Positions 42,439 through 56,652 of a DNA stretch of 64,000 nt are shown here, one piece after another. How positions within the stretch are numbered: position 1 is the first letter of the stretch; each line of letters starts with the position of its first letter. The stretch lies in NCBI GenBank assembly GCA_964016885.1, contig OZ024754.1, positions 37,882,001 through 37,946,000 of the forward strand, written 5' to 3'. Below the pieces are notes generated by a model. The model was not told the origin of the DNA. It saw only the letters and a list, made by a program, of their open reading frames with translations, and made no database searches. The stretch is from Eledone cirrhosa (lineage: Eukaryota). The translations under genes were made by a program, and so were the position numbers.

Positions 42439-42547
42439 TATGTATACATATATATATATGTATGTATGTATGTATATATATGTATATATATATACATATA
42501 TATGTATATATATATATATATACATATATATGTATATATATATATAC

Positions 42548-42629
<82 letters not shown>

Positions 42630-42630
42630 G

Positions 42631-42695
<65 letters not shown>

Positions 42696-42727
42696 GTATA
42701 TATATGTATATATATATATATATATAT

Positions 42728-43032
42728 TGTGACACGCCGCCCAGGCCTTGCTCTTCCTCTCAACCACATCATCTTCCGTATTCCCAATCTTTGCTCCCAA
42801 ATACAGGAAGTCCTCAACCAATTCCAGCGGCTTCCCGCCTACATTAGTGATCCCCTCTGGCTTCTCAACATTCTCTACCAGATATTTTGTTTTAGTCTCA
42901 TTCATTCTCAGCCCCACACTCATCGACACAGTCTCAACCTCCCGCATCAAATCCTCTGCCTCCTTCACTGTATTCGTAACCAAAACTATGTCGTCGGCAA
43001 ATTCAGCATCCGATACCTTTTTCGCCCCAACT
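42728..43032 (-). mobile_element. RTE-like LINE RT fragment embedded in (TA)n
   Basis: EFADDIVL...[12 protein letters not shown]...VEDFLYLG...KAWAA. Confidence 0.85.
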
Positions 43033-43045
43033 ATATATATATGTA

Positions 43046-43097
<52 letters not shown>

Positions 43098-43145
43098 TGT
43101 ATATATATATATATACATATATGTATATATATATATATATATATG

Positions 43146-43185
<40 letters not shown>

Positions 43186-43329
43186 GTAGGAGGTGAGTTT
43201 TATTGTAGTTTTATTATAATACTTGTTTACTCTTTACCCTCTTTCTATCTTCACCTTGTAAAATCCTTCATAACATATACATTTGTTTTTTTGACGTTAG
43301 AATATTCATCCGCAATTATTATTATTTTT

Positions 43330-43770
43330 TCTCTCTATCTTCATACATAAATTCCCTTCGTTAATTTTCAAATTCTTTTAATTTATACATTATCTTCCAA
43401 CGGTTCTCAACCTCTCTATGTAAAACAATATATCTTTTCTCAGTTATAAAAACTATCTCTTTCTCTCTATCACCCATCTCTCCCTCTCCACCTTCACTCT
43501 CATCTCCTCCCCCTTTTTTCATCCTTTCCACCCCACCCCCTCCCTAAATAAAATATTTTTCCTCGTACATATCTTCCCTTCGTTAATTTTCAAATTCTTT
43601 TAATTTATACATTATCTTCCAACGGTTTTCAACCTCTCTATGTAAAACAATATATCTTCTCTCAGTTATAAAAACTATCTCTTTCTCTCTATCACCCATC
43701 TCTCCCTCTCATCTCCTCCCCTTTTTCATCCTTTCCACCCCCCCCCCCTCTCTAAATAAAATATTTTTCC
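43330..43770. repeat. ~240-bp tandem duplication of a pyrimidine-rich block upstream of the 43865 HHR
   Basis: ttcccttcgttaattttcaaattc... at ~43352 and ~43574. Confidence 0.85.
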
Positions 43771-43864
43771 CAATATCACACATCAATCTAAAACCACTTT
43801 TCATATGTTGATTTAAAACTGCACTATCCACAAGTGTTTTTTAGCCTTCATATCATGTTCTCCT

Positions 43865-43933
43865 GTTTTATCTGATGAAAACACAAATATTATTGCATGA
43901 TGATGTTTGTTTTTGAAATGCGCATAATAAAAT
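43865..43933 (+). ncRNA. Type I hammerhead ribozyme
   Basis: GTTTTAT-CTGATGA-long stem II (ACAAATATTATT/GATGATGTTTGT)-GAAA-TGCGCA-TA-ATAAAAT. Confidence 0.85.
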
Positions 43934-43964
43934 ACATGGAACTCCTTTAACCATCTTCTGATCT

Positions 43965-44010
<46 letters not shown>

Positions 44011-44077
44011 ATATATATATATACATATATGTATATATATATATATATGTATGTATGTATATATATATACATATATG

Positions 44078-44113
<36 letters not shown>

Positions 44114-44239
44114 TACATATATGTATATATATATATATATGTATGTATCTATATATATATATACATATATGTATATATATATATATATGTATGTATATAT
44201 ATATATATATACATATATGTATATATATATATATATACA

Positions 44240-44278
<39 letters not shown>

Positions 44279-44521
44279 ATATATAGATATATATACATAT
44301 ATGTATATATATATATATATGCATGTATACATATATATATATACATATATACATATATATATATACATATATACATACATATATATATATATATACATAT
44401 ATACATATATATATACATATATACATATATATATATACATATATACATATATATATATACATATATACATATATGTATATATATATATATATACATACAT
44501 ATATATATATACATATATACA

Positions 44522-44562
<41 letters not shown>

Positions 44563-44599
44563 ATATATATATATATATATATACATATATGTATATATG

Positions 44600-44631
<32 letters not shown>

Positions 44632-44647
44632 CATATATGTATATATG

Positions 44648-44759
<112 letters not shown>

Positions 44760-44787
44760 CATATATATATACGTATATATATGTATG

Positions 44788-44859
<72 letters not shown>

Positions 44860-44866
<7 letters not shown>

Positions 44867-45375
44867 GAGCTACATCCATGACGTTTAAGTCGAGGATGTA
44901 CAACCACAAAAGCTCGTTCAAGGACAGGAACAGATTGGCGGACTTAGTATGGAGACTCAAATACAGTAGCATAGAATATGACCTCAGCAGGGGTATTGTT
45001 CAGCATGCGAATGCGTACTCGGCCGGAGACAGGAAGTGCAAGTTATGCTTGTCCAAGGCTATGGAGATAATAAAACTTAAGGGCGACGCAGTCAACCACA
45101 AGTCTGAAATAATCATGGCATGCCAATATCAACGTAAATGCATACTCTCCGCCCTAGTGATACCGGATGGATCTACATAGCGCACCACCGGCACTGCAAC
45201 ACCAGGTGGAGCGGACCACAATAGAACACTGCACAACCATGAATGCATGACAGCACAAGCTGATAGCAATGACAATTCCAACGTTGCACACCTCATAGAA
45301 CACCTTAATACCACCACCACATCAATTTGCGGAAGCCGACTCATTACAAGTAGGATTGGGTCTACAAACATATGT
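44860..45375 (+). mobile_element. Penelope GIY-YIG C-terminal fragment and 3' region
   Basis: [20 protein letters not shown]...LVWRLK...CKLCLS...[10 protein letters not shown]. Confidence 0.82.
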
Positions 45376-45376
45376 C

Positions 45377-46380
45377 GTTTTAAATTTTCAAACTTTTAAA
45401 TTTTTAAATTGTCGATTTCCGATATGTGATTCGCGGTTTTAAATTTTCAAACTTTTAAATTTTTAAATTGTCGATTTCCGATATGTGATTCGCGGTTTTA
45501 AATTTTCAAACTTTTAAATTTTTAAATTGTCGATTTCCGATATGTGATTCGCGGTTTTAAATTTTCAAACTTTTAAATTTTTAAATTGTCGATTTCCGAT
45601 ATGTGATTCGCGGTTTTAAATTTTCAAACTTTTAAATTTTTAAATTGTCGATTTCCGATATGTGATTCGCGGTTTTAAATTTTCAAACTTTTAAATTTTT
45701 AAATTGTCGATTTCCGATATGTGATTCGCGGTTTTAAATTTTCAAACTTTTAAATTTTTAAATTGTCGATTTCCGATATGTGATTCGCGGTTTTAAATTT
45801 TCAAACTTTTAAATTTTTAAATTGTCGATTTCCGATATGTGATTCGCGGTTTTAAATTTTCAAACTTTTAAATTTTTAAATTGTCGATTTCCGATATGTG
45901 ATTCGCGGTTTTAAATTTTCAAACTTTTAAATTTTTAAATTGTCGATTTCCGATATGTGATTCGCGGTTTTAAATTTTCAAACTTTTAAATTTTTAAATT
46001 GTCGATTTCCGATATGTGATTCGCGGTTTTAAATTTTCAAACTTTTAAATTTTTAAATTGTCGATTTCCGATATGTGATTCGCGGTTTTAAATTTTCAAA
46101 CTTTTAAATTTTTAAATTGTCGATTTCCGATATGTGATTCGCGGTTTTAAATTTTCAAACTTTTAAATTTTTAAATTGTCGATTTCCGATATGTGATTCG
46201 CGGTTTTAAATTTTCAAACTTTTAAATTTTTAAATTGTCGATTTCCGATATGTGATTCGCGGTTTTAAATTTTCAAACTTTTAAATTTTTAAATTGTCGA
46301 TTTCCGATATGTGATTCGCGGTTTTAAATTTTCAAACTTTTAAATTTTTAAATTGTCGATTTCCGATATGTGATTCGCGG
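45377..46380. repeat. 59-bp minisatellite, ~17 essentially identical copies
   Basis: Unit gttttaaattttcaaacttttaaatttttaaattgtcgatttccgatatgtgattcgcg. Confidence 0.97.
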
Positions 46381-46794
46381 TGTTTAATCCGCGACTTGGA
46401 TGATGGACACGATGCTGTAAGGTTAATGTCGTAAGGTTAATGTCGCAGCTATTTGTAATGTTGATTTTAATTTTAATTTTAATTTTAATTTTAATTTTAA
46501 TTTTAATTTTGATTTTGATTTCAAGTTTTAATTTTGTCGTTCCATACCGATGATACAGACACGTACACAACACATGCCACTGGCACATTTCATCATACAT
46601 ACACTCCACGTGCATTCCATATATATTGTTATGAAGCACATACCCTTTTTATTCCATGTATACATCAAACCCATGCACATCTCATATATACTTTTATGAA
46701 ATGGATGTTACACATAAACACAATATATATAACTTGTTTGTGCACGCACGGCCCATATCCATCCACAAGCAACGCTTGCTTGACAGGTAGAGAG

Positions 46795-47050
46795 CAGTGA
46801 GCGCCCAGTAACATTCCAGATAGGTAAGATACCGATCGAATTGGAGATAAAGAATTTGGCTTTTACGTCTACCTCCCTTCTTCTGATTACTGAATGCTGA
46901 TTCTGGCACATTACTGCATCAGCCTCCTGCTTTCCATCGCTTATGAACACATCCCTGGGATACTTCAACCTCTCTACCTGATTCAGTGAAACTCTATTTA
47001 CCTGTTGAATGCACTGCGTAGACTTCCTTGAGAAGACAAAGTACCACAGT
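46795..47050 (-). mobile_element. Degenerate RTE-like RT C-terminal fragment
   Basis: LNQVERLKY..VFISDGKQE...SVIRRREV..KAK. Confidence 0.55.
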
Positions 47051-47814
47051 TTTCGTAGCACTGATTTTCAGTCCAGCCAAGCAGCACTCGGCATCAAACC
47101 TATCGAGTGCAATTCGGAGATCAGATTCTGTCGTGTTAAGTAACACCTACAGTTTCAATATTATGAATTAGAACATTAATCAAATTATGAGATTAGAGAC
47201 TGACATTGTTAAAACAGCAATTGTTTGCTTATGCGTTTATGTATATAAAATTGTTTCTACTTTTGGCACAAGGCCAGCAATTACCCCAGTATATTACTGG
47301 TACTTTATTTTATCGACCCCGTAAGGATGAAAGGCAAAGTCAACCTCAGTGGGATTTGAACTCAGAATGGCAAGGGCCGTAAATCTATACGCCAAAGCAT
47401 AGCGTCCGACCCTCTACCGATACTGCCAATCCTAGCCTTTATGTATATATAATTGTTTCTACTTTAGGCACAAGGCCAGCAATTAACCAGTACATTACTG
47501 GTACTTTATTTTATCGACCCCGTAAGGATGAAAGGCAAAGTTAACCTCGGCGGGTTTTGAACTCAGACTGTAAAGGGACGTAACTATGCTATATAATGAA
47601 AATTAATGACCATACTTGCTATCCACCCAGTCTATACAGCACAGAACGAATCATATTTAACTGGGTGATGTCTAAAAACATCTGACTGATAAATGAGAAG
47701 GCGTTTCCCCGGAGGACGGCAAGGGAGACACGTTGGAAAAGCCATTCCAGCTCGCGAGCCTCACACCTGCGGCTGGTCAGCTCAGCGCCTGTAGTGGTGT
47801 TTGACATCTAATAA

Positions 47815-47972
47815 AATACATCACTCAAAAAGCAGATGTGAATCACCTCTATCTCCCTAGACAAAATGGAGGAGGCGGAATGATCCAGCTCGAGCTGTCC
47901 TACAGGATATTGACCATTGGACTCGATCAATACCTCAAAACTACAGATGATTAGATGATGAAAATGGTTGCA
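47815..47972 (+). mobile_element. R4-clade RT C-terminal fragment
   Basis: KADVNHLYLPRQNGGGGMIQLE matches the RLYLPRxxGGxGL motif. Confidence 0.7.
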
Positions 47973-47973
47973 G

Positions 47974-48635
47974 ACTGGGGCCTTGTTTGCCATAAAAATG
48001 TGAGGGGGGACAAACCAACATTTGTTGATTCTTAAAGGAATGTTAGTATTACTTATGGTGCTTTTCCTGGATCCTATCACATAAGTAAAATTTTACACTT
48101 ATTAAATTTTATATATTCAAATGAAGTTCAGATATTAAAAAAATAAGCTTAAAAATAATTTATATCAAATAAACAAAAAGTAAAACATAGACGTTTGAAT
48201 AAAAAAAATATAAAGTAAATTTATTGTCTTTTAGAACTTTCCAAATGTATTATTTCTCGCATTATTGCTGTCAACTTTGCCTTTCATCCTTTCGGGATCG
48301 ATAAAATAAAGTACCAGTAATGCACTGGGTAATTGCTGGCCTTGTGCCAAAAGTAGAAATAATTATTGCTGTCAATAAATAATTTAGCAACTTCTTCACA
48401 ACTAATCTTTTTTAAAACATCTCTATGAACATGGCATTTTAGAATATGATTCAGCCTTTGCTGCGTCATGGTCGATCACAGCCAAGTTTTGAGTCTCTGC
48501 AGAGCGCTAAAAGATCTTTCAGCTTCACAAGAACTGGTTGGAAACACTAAAAGTAGCCTGAGCAATCGCTCAACATTTAGAAACAAGCGACGGACTTCTG
48601 GTTGCATTTCACCGAATATTTTGCGATGATCCACC
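47974..48635 (-). mobile_element. hAT DNA transposon 3' end with transposase dimerisation-domain remnant
   Basis: LLRLLLVFPTSSCEAERSFSALQRLKTWL*STMTQQRLNHI...H (48365-48630). The terminus at 47974 matches the MITE at 27653. Confidence 0.85.
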
Positions 48636-48644
48636 ATAGGCGCT

Positions 48645-48890
48645 GCGCTGGCTAGCCGCAGGTGTGAGCTTCACGAGATGGAATGGCTTTTCCAGCGCAT
48701 CTCCCGTACCATACTCCGGGGAAACGCCTTCCCCATTCTGTCCGCCAGGGCTGTGGGGCAGGGCAACACGTGGGATCCCATTTGCTCACTATACAGAGAG
48801 ATGGAGAAGGCGAGAGAGGTGGGGACGTGGCCGGTGGGAGTTCGGCTCTTCCGTGTTCGGACACATTGCGCCTGTCGTGTGGATCATGTG
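48645..48890 (+). mobile_element. CRE-clade 3' end fragment (further copies at ~47690-47800 minus and ~62410-62620 plus)
   Basis: EWLFQRIS..ILRGNAF.ILSA motif. Confidence 0.8.
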
Positions 48891-49864
48891 AATTAATTGA
48901 CAAATGTAAAAGGAACAGAAAACGAGAGGGATAAAAAGGGATAACAATGAAATGAAGTAAGGCATGGTAATAGAAAAAGTCTGGAATAGTAATTGAAAAG
49001 TGTTGAGAATACACCAGTAGTAACAACAACAATAACAACAATGTCACATCCAACATCGGCAATAGTGGCATTTACAACAACAACATCGTCGCCTTCAGGA
49101 GCCATGGCCAAAATAGGTACTTTAACCCATTAGCATTTGAACCGGCTATAACTCCTATGTTTTACCGGCGAAGATTTGAAACCGAATCTGAGGTTTCTCG
49201 CCTCTGGGACCATCTATCGCTGGAGGTTCTCACCATTGTCCTGTCAAGTCAACAATGATAAACGTACATTCCACTTGACCTAAAAAATACAATAGTCATC
49301 ATCATCATCATTACATTTTACGTCCGCTTTTTCCCTGCTTGCAAGGGTGGGACGGGAACTGATTCTGGCTTGATCTCTACAACTGGATGCCCTTCCTAAC
49401 ACGAACCTCATTTACAGTGAGTGCTGGGTGCTTTTTTTTGCCGTGGCACCTCCACGACCACTTTGCAGTGGAATGATAGGGACTGGGGTCCCTATCATCT
49501 CATTTCTACAGCTGAGTAAACTGGAGCAATGTGAAATAAAGTGTCTTGCTCAAGGAAACAACACATCACCCGGTCTGAGAATTGAACTCACAACCTTTTG
49601 ATTGCAAGGCCAATGCTCTAACCACTAAGCCATGTGCCTCCATATAGTATATATATAAAGTAGAGAACTAAAGGATTAAAACAGTTTCAATCATTTGACT
49701 GTAGCCATGCATACAGTTTTCATTGATTTAGTAGATTGTTATAACCATCTGCTTATTTTATCGACTGCCAAGGAGAAAATAGAAATCAACTAAGAGTAAA
49801 ATGTAGAACCGGTTATTTCAGTTTGTTTACTATAGGCAATATTTCAGATTACATTATATTTTAA

Positions 49865-50280
49865 TTCGGTGATGCCCTGATTGACTTTTTCAAATTTCAT
49901 TTGAAAAGGAAAATCAGAGTAGAGAGGGAAGTGCTCTCTTCCCAGCATTTTGTTGAAAGATGGGTGAGAGAAGCAAGAATGGCCCGAGTGAATGGGCCTA
50001 CTCTGAGTATATATCTGTAAATTAAAGGTGGAAAACTGGGAGAGGGCACTTGCCTTGGTGGTCAGGGTCACTGCGGCCTTTTACTGGACTTTCTCCACAA
50101 ATGTCCCTCCGAAGTCTCCCCCCTATTGGGGAATTTTTCATTGTTATTTTTTTTGTTACATCCTCTCTTTTTGTTTTTTACATGCAGAAATGCCCATTTG
50201 TACCGTATTGTATTGTCCTGCACTGTCCTTAATGTCTACTTTATGTAAACCCTTGTGGTTAATAAAGAAATCATTATATT
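49865..50280 (+). mobile_element. Tx1/L1-clade 3' end (further copies 31726-32090 plus, 58310-58660 minus, tail at 1-78)
   Basis: FFKFHLKRKIRVEREVL...FVERWV..ARM. The 3' UTR end tgtaaacccttgtggttaataaagaaa is shared with window positions 25-50. Confidence 0.75.
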
Positions 50281-50829
50281 TTAATTCAGTAGTCTCAAAA
50301 CCAAGGATTCAAAAGGATCATTACGTACTGGAGCAGAGGCAGTGGGACAAAAGTGAGATTATCGGGTGGGGATTGATTTCCACTACTTATAATTGTTTCT
50401 ACTTTTGGCACAAGGCCAGCAATTATCCCAGTGCATTACTGGTACTTTATTTTATCGACCCCCGTAAGGATGAAAGGCAAAGTTAACCTCGGCGGGATTT
50501 GAACTCAGAACGTAAAGGGTTATAACTCCTATGCTGCAAAGCATGGCGTCTGACGCTCTACCGATACTGCCAAACCATCAATATTTCCACTACTTATAAT
50601 GTTAATCAGCTGATAGGTTAATTTATCATTTTTCTCATAAAAATGAAAAAACATAAGTGTGTAAGTGTGGGGGGGGGGGGTGTATTAGTACAAAATGTAG
50701 AGGTTCAAACTTTACATTTTAAATTTTCTCTAATTCTCTTTTTACTTTTGGTAAATCCCTTTTCTAAAAAAATATTACTGTTATGTACATATATTTATTA
50801 TTTTCTATTTTTCGTTTGATTTCCACCTC

Positions 50830-51920
50830 TCTCAGAATAGACTGTATAAATACACATGACCTGGGGTTGCCTTGGAAGAAGGGTCACCTGATCAACGACC
50901 TCGGGCCACTGAATATAGATGTGGTGGCCATCAGCGAGGCCAAAATCTCTGAGGTACGAGCCTTCGCACCCATTTTCAGCAACTACAGTGTGTACGCATC
51001 TCCAAACCGTCCAGGATCTGGAGGCAGAGTAGCTGTGTTGTTTCAGAGAGGTATGGATCTCATGACATGTCTCATTTTCTTGGACCCAGAAGGTAAGTTG
51101 GTGGTGCTGGATGTGACCAGCTGTGAAGGGCATGCCTTCAGGTTAGTGGCTGTCTGTGCCCCGACAGAAGCAAGCCAGCCTGATTTTTTCTGCCGCCTGG
51201 AAACCTTCCTAGGAACGTCTCACTCTTTAGTGTTAGTGGGTGATTGGAACGGGATTTTCGATGCACGCTGGATCTGTGTGGGACTAGCGGATAGGGGAGT
51301 AGGGTCTAAAAGCCTTGCAAACCTGCTCACATGCTTTCAACTGTCTGACAGGTACCCTAGTCGACGAAATTTAACTAACCATTCTTTTCCGCATGACTTT
51401 TGATCTAGTGCCTATGGATAACTTCTAGAAATCCCTGGCCTGGCACTGCTACCAGAGAATGTTGTCGATCCAAGATAAACTCTACAGGCATGGAAGTGTC
51501 ATCAGCCAGGCATGTCTGAGATGCGTGCAGGGCAACAAAACCGACGTGCACACACTCGTCCGATGTTCGAGTATCACTAGCTTGTGGGTTTATCTTGAAT
51601 ACCTGCTGTCATGTGTAGGACAAATCCGACTGTCAACTGAGTCCATCGTTAAAATTGCCCCAGCATCTTTCCTTAGCCAGGAAGTGCAGGCGCTGTTTTT
51701 GTCTGTCGGGTGGCCATGGCGAAAGAGGTTATATGGTGGACGCGTCTGAAAGATCTGAAGATGTGCACTTTTCTCTCCAACGACCCCTGATTCAGGTTTC
51801 ACTTGAAGAAGAAAATCAGGGTGGATAAGGAAGTGTTGCATTCAAAGCAATTTGTTAAAAGGTGGGTGAAAGAGGCAAGAATGATCCAAGTGATTGGACC
51901 TGAGCGTGTGTCTGCAGATT
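50830..51920 (+). mobile_element. Tx1/L1-clade LINE remnant: APE endonuclease fused directly to the C-terminal Cys region (RT deleted)
   Basis: INTHDL, DVVAISE, GGRVAVL, DPEGKLVVLDV, LVLVGDWNG; then CLRC...DVHTLVRC and FVKRWV. Confidence 0.82.
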
Positions 51921-53129
51921 GAGGAAGACTGAGAAAAGAGTGAGGACGATAGAATTTTACCATATCAATTTTATTGATCTCAAATAAAAACCCATTCTCA
52001 AGAGAGGATCAGTGTATAGGTATTTAAAGAGTAATCGGAAAAAGAATTGTTGTTTGGCTGGCAGATATAATTTAAATTTAATTAGCATTAATATTTTTAA
52101 CATGCAATACAAAAATTATGAATAAATAAATCATATCAAGAGAATAAAAGGTCATAAATATTTTATTGATCAGCAACTATCTTGCAAAGAACAAATAGTT
52201 TTATCAATTACAGCAATAAAATAAGTAAACCTAAAAATCACTAAAAGGTGTACATCTAAAGATTACAGTTTGTTTGACCCTTTAGCATGTAAACTGGCCA
52301 TATCTGGCCAGAATTCTCTCTCACCTCTTTCTGTTCAAACTGGCCATAACCAGCTACTCATACTTATGTTAAGGTATTGTTCTCAAAATAACTAATATCA
52401 AAATCTCATAGATTCGATATTATGTGAGATAATTAAGAGAGGTAAAGCCTTACCATGAAAAATATAGCAAATATATAATGTAAATAATGCTAAAGAGTTA
52501 AAGTAGTACATTATGAACAGGAATTCATTCATAGGGACAGCTCTAGCAAGGGAAAATAGCTTTACAATTTTTACTGCTGCAGCATTAAAAATATAAATAT
52601 TTCTGTTTAACCTTTTAGCATATTTACACTACTTTATATATACTATTGCATTTTTATATACTGAGGCTTTATCTTACAAAATATCTTATTTAATATTGAA
52701 TGGATGAGATTTTGATATTATTTATTTTGAGAACAATACCTTAACATAAGTATGAGAGGCCAGTTACAACTGGTTTCAACAGAAAGAGGTGAGAGAATTG
52801 TTGCCGGATACAACTATCTGAGTGTTTTTGTGAGTGAGAGACAGCAGCTAAGGAATGAATGAATGAATACAGGAGGGGGGAATGGTTGGAGTAAGGCTGT
52901 GTAGGGAGGGCTAGTGGAGGTGTATGGGTGGGGTGTATGAACACAGGGAGAGTGACTACTAGAGTGCCATAGCTAGAGACTTTGGAGGGGGGAAGCAGCT
53001 AATGAGTGAATGATGAAGAGTGGGGGTGTAGTGATGGTGAAGATAGCTGCTAGAGAATGTTAGTGGGTGGTGGGGGGGGGGACTTGAGGGTATGTCAGGC
53101 CACATTGTATGCTGTTGGTTGGGTCTTCA

Positions 53130-54312
53130 CCAGCACAACACTAGTTCTCATGGTCTTTTGTCATTTGTGTTGTGAGGTTTAGGTTCTTAAAGTAGGTCTT
53201 TCCAACCTCAATCCCTGTTTTCCTGGGTCTGCCTCTCCCATGGATCCCAGTCATTGGGGTTTCTCTGAATTTCTTTATGCATCACATGTCCATAAGAGAG
53301 CAGTCTTTTCTCTTGCACACTACATGCAATTCCTCTTATGTTAAGTTTTTCTTTCCCTCAGTTTGCCTATACTATGCCACTCATGCCCACTATTATTACA
53401 CATTCATTGGAGCATACTCAACTCATTTCTTTCTGGCTTCCTCAGGTCTTCTGCAATCAAGGCCCATGTTTCACTACCTTGTGGCATTATAGTTTGCACA
53501 CAGGCATCATACATTCTATCCTTCACTCTAAAAGAAAAACCCTTTGTTTGGCCCATGATTGAAAGATAATGAGTTCAAGTCACATGGTAATAACACTCTA
53601 AACTTCTCCCACTGCTAATTTGATTGCCTTGGTAACAAAATATGTGAATTGCTTCTAAAGAGCCTCCTTGGCAACTGAAGGAATCTATTTCACATGTGCT
53701 CTTTGTGTTTCCTACTCCTGTGTATCTGCCACATATAAAGTCTATCTTTTTCATTAGCCTGCATGCAATTCCACTACATCGCAGTGTGCACCTTATGGGC
53801 CCACCCATTTCTGACATATCGAACAAGGCCACTTCCCTGTTCGTATCACCCTCATGTTTTTTTTTCTACTTATTAAGACTGTCGTCTTTGCTAACTTTAC
53901 TATTAAGCCTTTCAACTCTCGTTTTTTCTTCCATGCTTGAAATTTTATGTCTAACTCTACTATAGACTCGGCTATGAGGGTAGGCCATCAGCATATAGTA
54001 GCTCCCATTGAGTGTCAGTTTTAAGCTCTTCAGTCATGGCCTGAAGGACAATGATAAACAAGAGTGGCTGAGAACTGATCCATGTTAGATCCCCACCTGC
54101 ACTTCAAATTCCTCACCGTACTCATTGCCAAATCTCACTCTGCTGTTTGCTCCTCTATACATGGCTTGCACAGCCCTCATAAGCCATTCATCTACACCTA
54201 GTTTTCTAAGTGCCCGCCAGATTATAGAGTGTGGGATCCTGCTAAAGACCTTCTTCAGATCTTCAAATGCTAGATACAGTAGCTTACCCTTAGCTGAGTA
54301 CTTCTCCTGTAG
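53130..54312 (-). mobile_element. Degenerate RTE-clade LINE (RT to 3' end)
   Basis: LQEKY..K...LYLAFEDLKKVFSRIP..IIWRALRKLGV...EFEVQVG; a YAD motif at ~53990; GRP-type C-terminus at ~53230. Confidence 0.8.
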
Positions 54313-55698
54313 TGTGTGACAAGGCTGGTCTTTTGAATTGCAAGTAAAACTCATTTTTGGCAGCTGATTGAACTGAAACAACATGAAATAAAGTGTCTTG
54401 CTCAACAAGGACACCACGTGCAACTTGGAATCGAACTGATGATTTTACGATCATGGGCCAAACCCCTTAACCAATAATCCATTCACCTTCATAAACTATA
54501 TACATATATATCTCTCTCTCTCTCTTACTGCTCCCTCGTTCTCTCTGTTTCTCCTACTTTCTTTCGCCCCCTCTGTCATGTCAGTTAACTCTTCCTCACA
54601 CTTCCACTCACTCTCACTCACTGTTTCTCCTCTTCTCACTTCACCCCGTTCGCGACGAAAACATTTTCTCTCTTTCTCACATTTGGATTCGTTCACGAAA
54701 GGTCTTTTTTCTAAGCGCTCATATATTCACCTAGCTTATGCTAACAGAATAACTATGTAGCTTGTTCCCTTCCTCTCTACGGTTAGCTCTCCTCTTTGTT
54801 GTTATCTTGTCTCACTCGCTTTACGCGTTTTAATTGTCCTAATAACTTAATTTAGTTATTATTGCACCGACGTGAGGTATATGATTTTTAATGCAATGAA
54901 ATATCTATGATCGTCGGCAAATCACTGATGAGGGACTTATTTTATTACATGTTATCCATGTGCAACCTGCAGTATTCTTCTCCCCATTTTTTCATATATA
55001 TATATACACAGAGATATCCACGGTAAGTTGTGGGGTCTAGTCTGCATGAAGAACTCAATGTAATCCATATGTTGAAAATCCCGGAAAACAATAAAACATT
55101 AAAAGGAAAACAGAGTCATGATATAAGTTAAAACAATGAAATAAAAAATCAAGTCATTAGAAATATACTTCAATGCTTTACGATCGTTTCTAGGTGATGA
55201 TAATACATCGTAACTATACTTCGATATCGATCTATGTAAGGTTAGTTACAAAATATCAAATAAAGAGAATATTTACTTACATGCATATCACCAGCTTTTG
55301 TCAAAAGCAATAATTGCTGATATCTGATATTTTGTAACTAACCTTATATCGATATCGAAGTATAGTTATGATGTATTATCATCACCTAGAAACGATCGTA
55401 AAGCAGTGAAGTATATCTCGAATGACTTGATTTTTTTATTTCATTGTTTTAACTTATATATATACATATAGATATATACATATATATATATACACATATA
55501 TATATACATATAATTCAAGAAAGAACTGCCATAACGATAACCTGGTATCCCGTATATATACATTTATATATACATACATATATATATATATACTTATTGG
55601 CAACATGACCCTCCCAAAGTATAACAATATCGGTTTCAACACACGTTTTCAGATAAAGAATCTTGCTAAACAAATTCAGAAACGAAATATATATATAT

Positions 55699-55804
<106 letters not shown>

Positions 55805-55830
55805 ATGTAATAAACAACATAAGGCAATTA

Positions 55831-55890
55831 TTCCATTTACCAGTGGTTTCTTAAAAGCAAAAGGTTTTGCTTTCAATCCTCAGAATGAAA
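55831..55890 (-). ncRNA. Type I hammerhead ribozyme (copy of 20229 family)
   Basis: Identical motif to 20229-20288. Confidence 0.85.
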
Positions 55891-56190
55891 AATCCTGGTT
55901 TGTTTATTGAATTTGGATTCTAAAAACAAAAATGCAATCTATATGAAAGTGAGGCTGGAAAAGGGAGAAGGAAAGGAAAAATAAAATAAAACTACACATG
56001 CAAACACACACACAAAAAAACACAAAAGCATACTTACACACACATACATATATACATATACACATATATATATATATATAAAAACGTACACCTACACACA
56101 CATACACATATATACACACATATACACATACATACATTCATACATACACACACACACACACACACATACACACACACATATATATATATA

Positions 56191-56244
<54 letters not shown>

Positions 56245-56592
56245 TATACACATATATACACACACACACACATGTGTGTGTACAAGCATACACATACACA
56301 AACATAGCCATACACACACACATATATATACACATACATACATTCACACGAACATACAACGTACATACATACACATACATGAATGCACTCCTCTACATAT
56401 TTTTTTTTTATATATATATATGTATATGTATATATGTATGTGTGTGTAAGTATGCTTTTGTGTTTTTTTGTGTGTGTGTTTGCATGTGTAGTTTTATTTT
56501 ATTTTTCCTTTCCTTCTCCCTTTTCCAGCCTCACTTTCATATAGATTACATTTTTGTTTTTAGAATCCAAATTCAATAAACAAACCAGGATT

Positions 56593-56652
56593 TTTCATTC
56601 TGAGGATTGAAAGCAAAACCTTTTGCTTTTAAGAAACCACTGGTAAATGGAA
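56593..56652 (+). ncRNA. Type I hammerhead ribozyme (inverted copy of 20229 family)
   Basis: cattctgaggattgaaagcaaaaccttttgcttttaagaaaccactggtaaatg on the plus strand. Confidence 0.85.
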
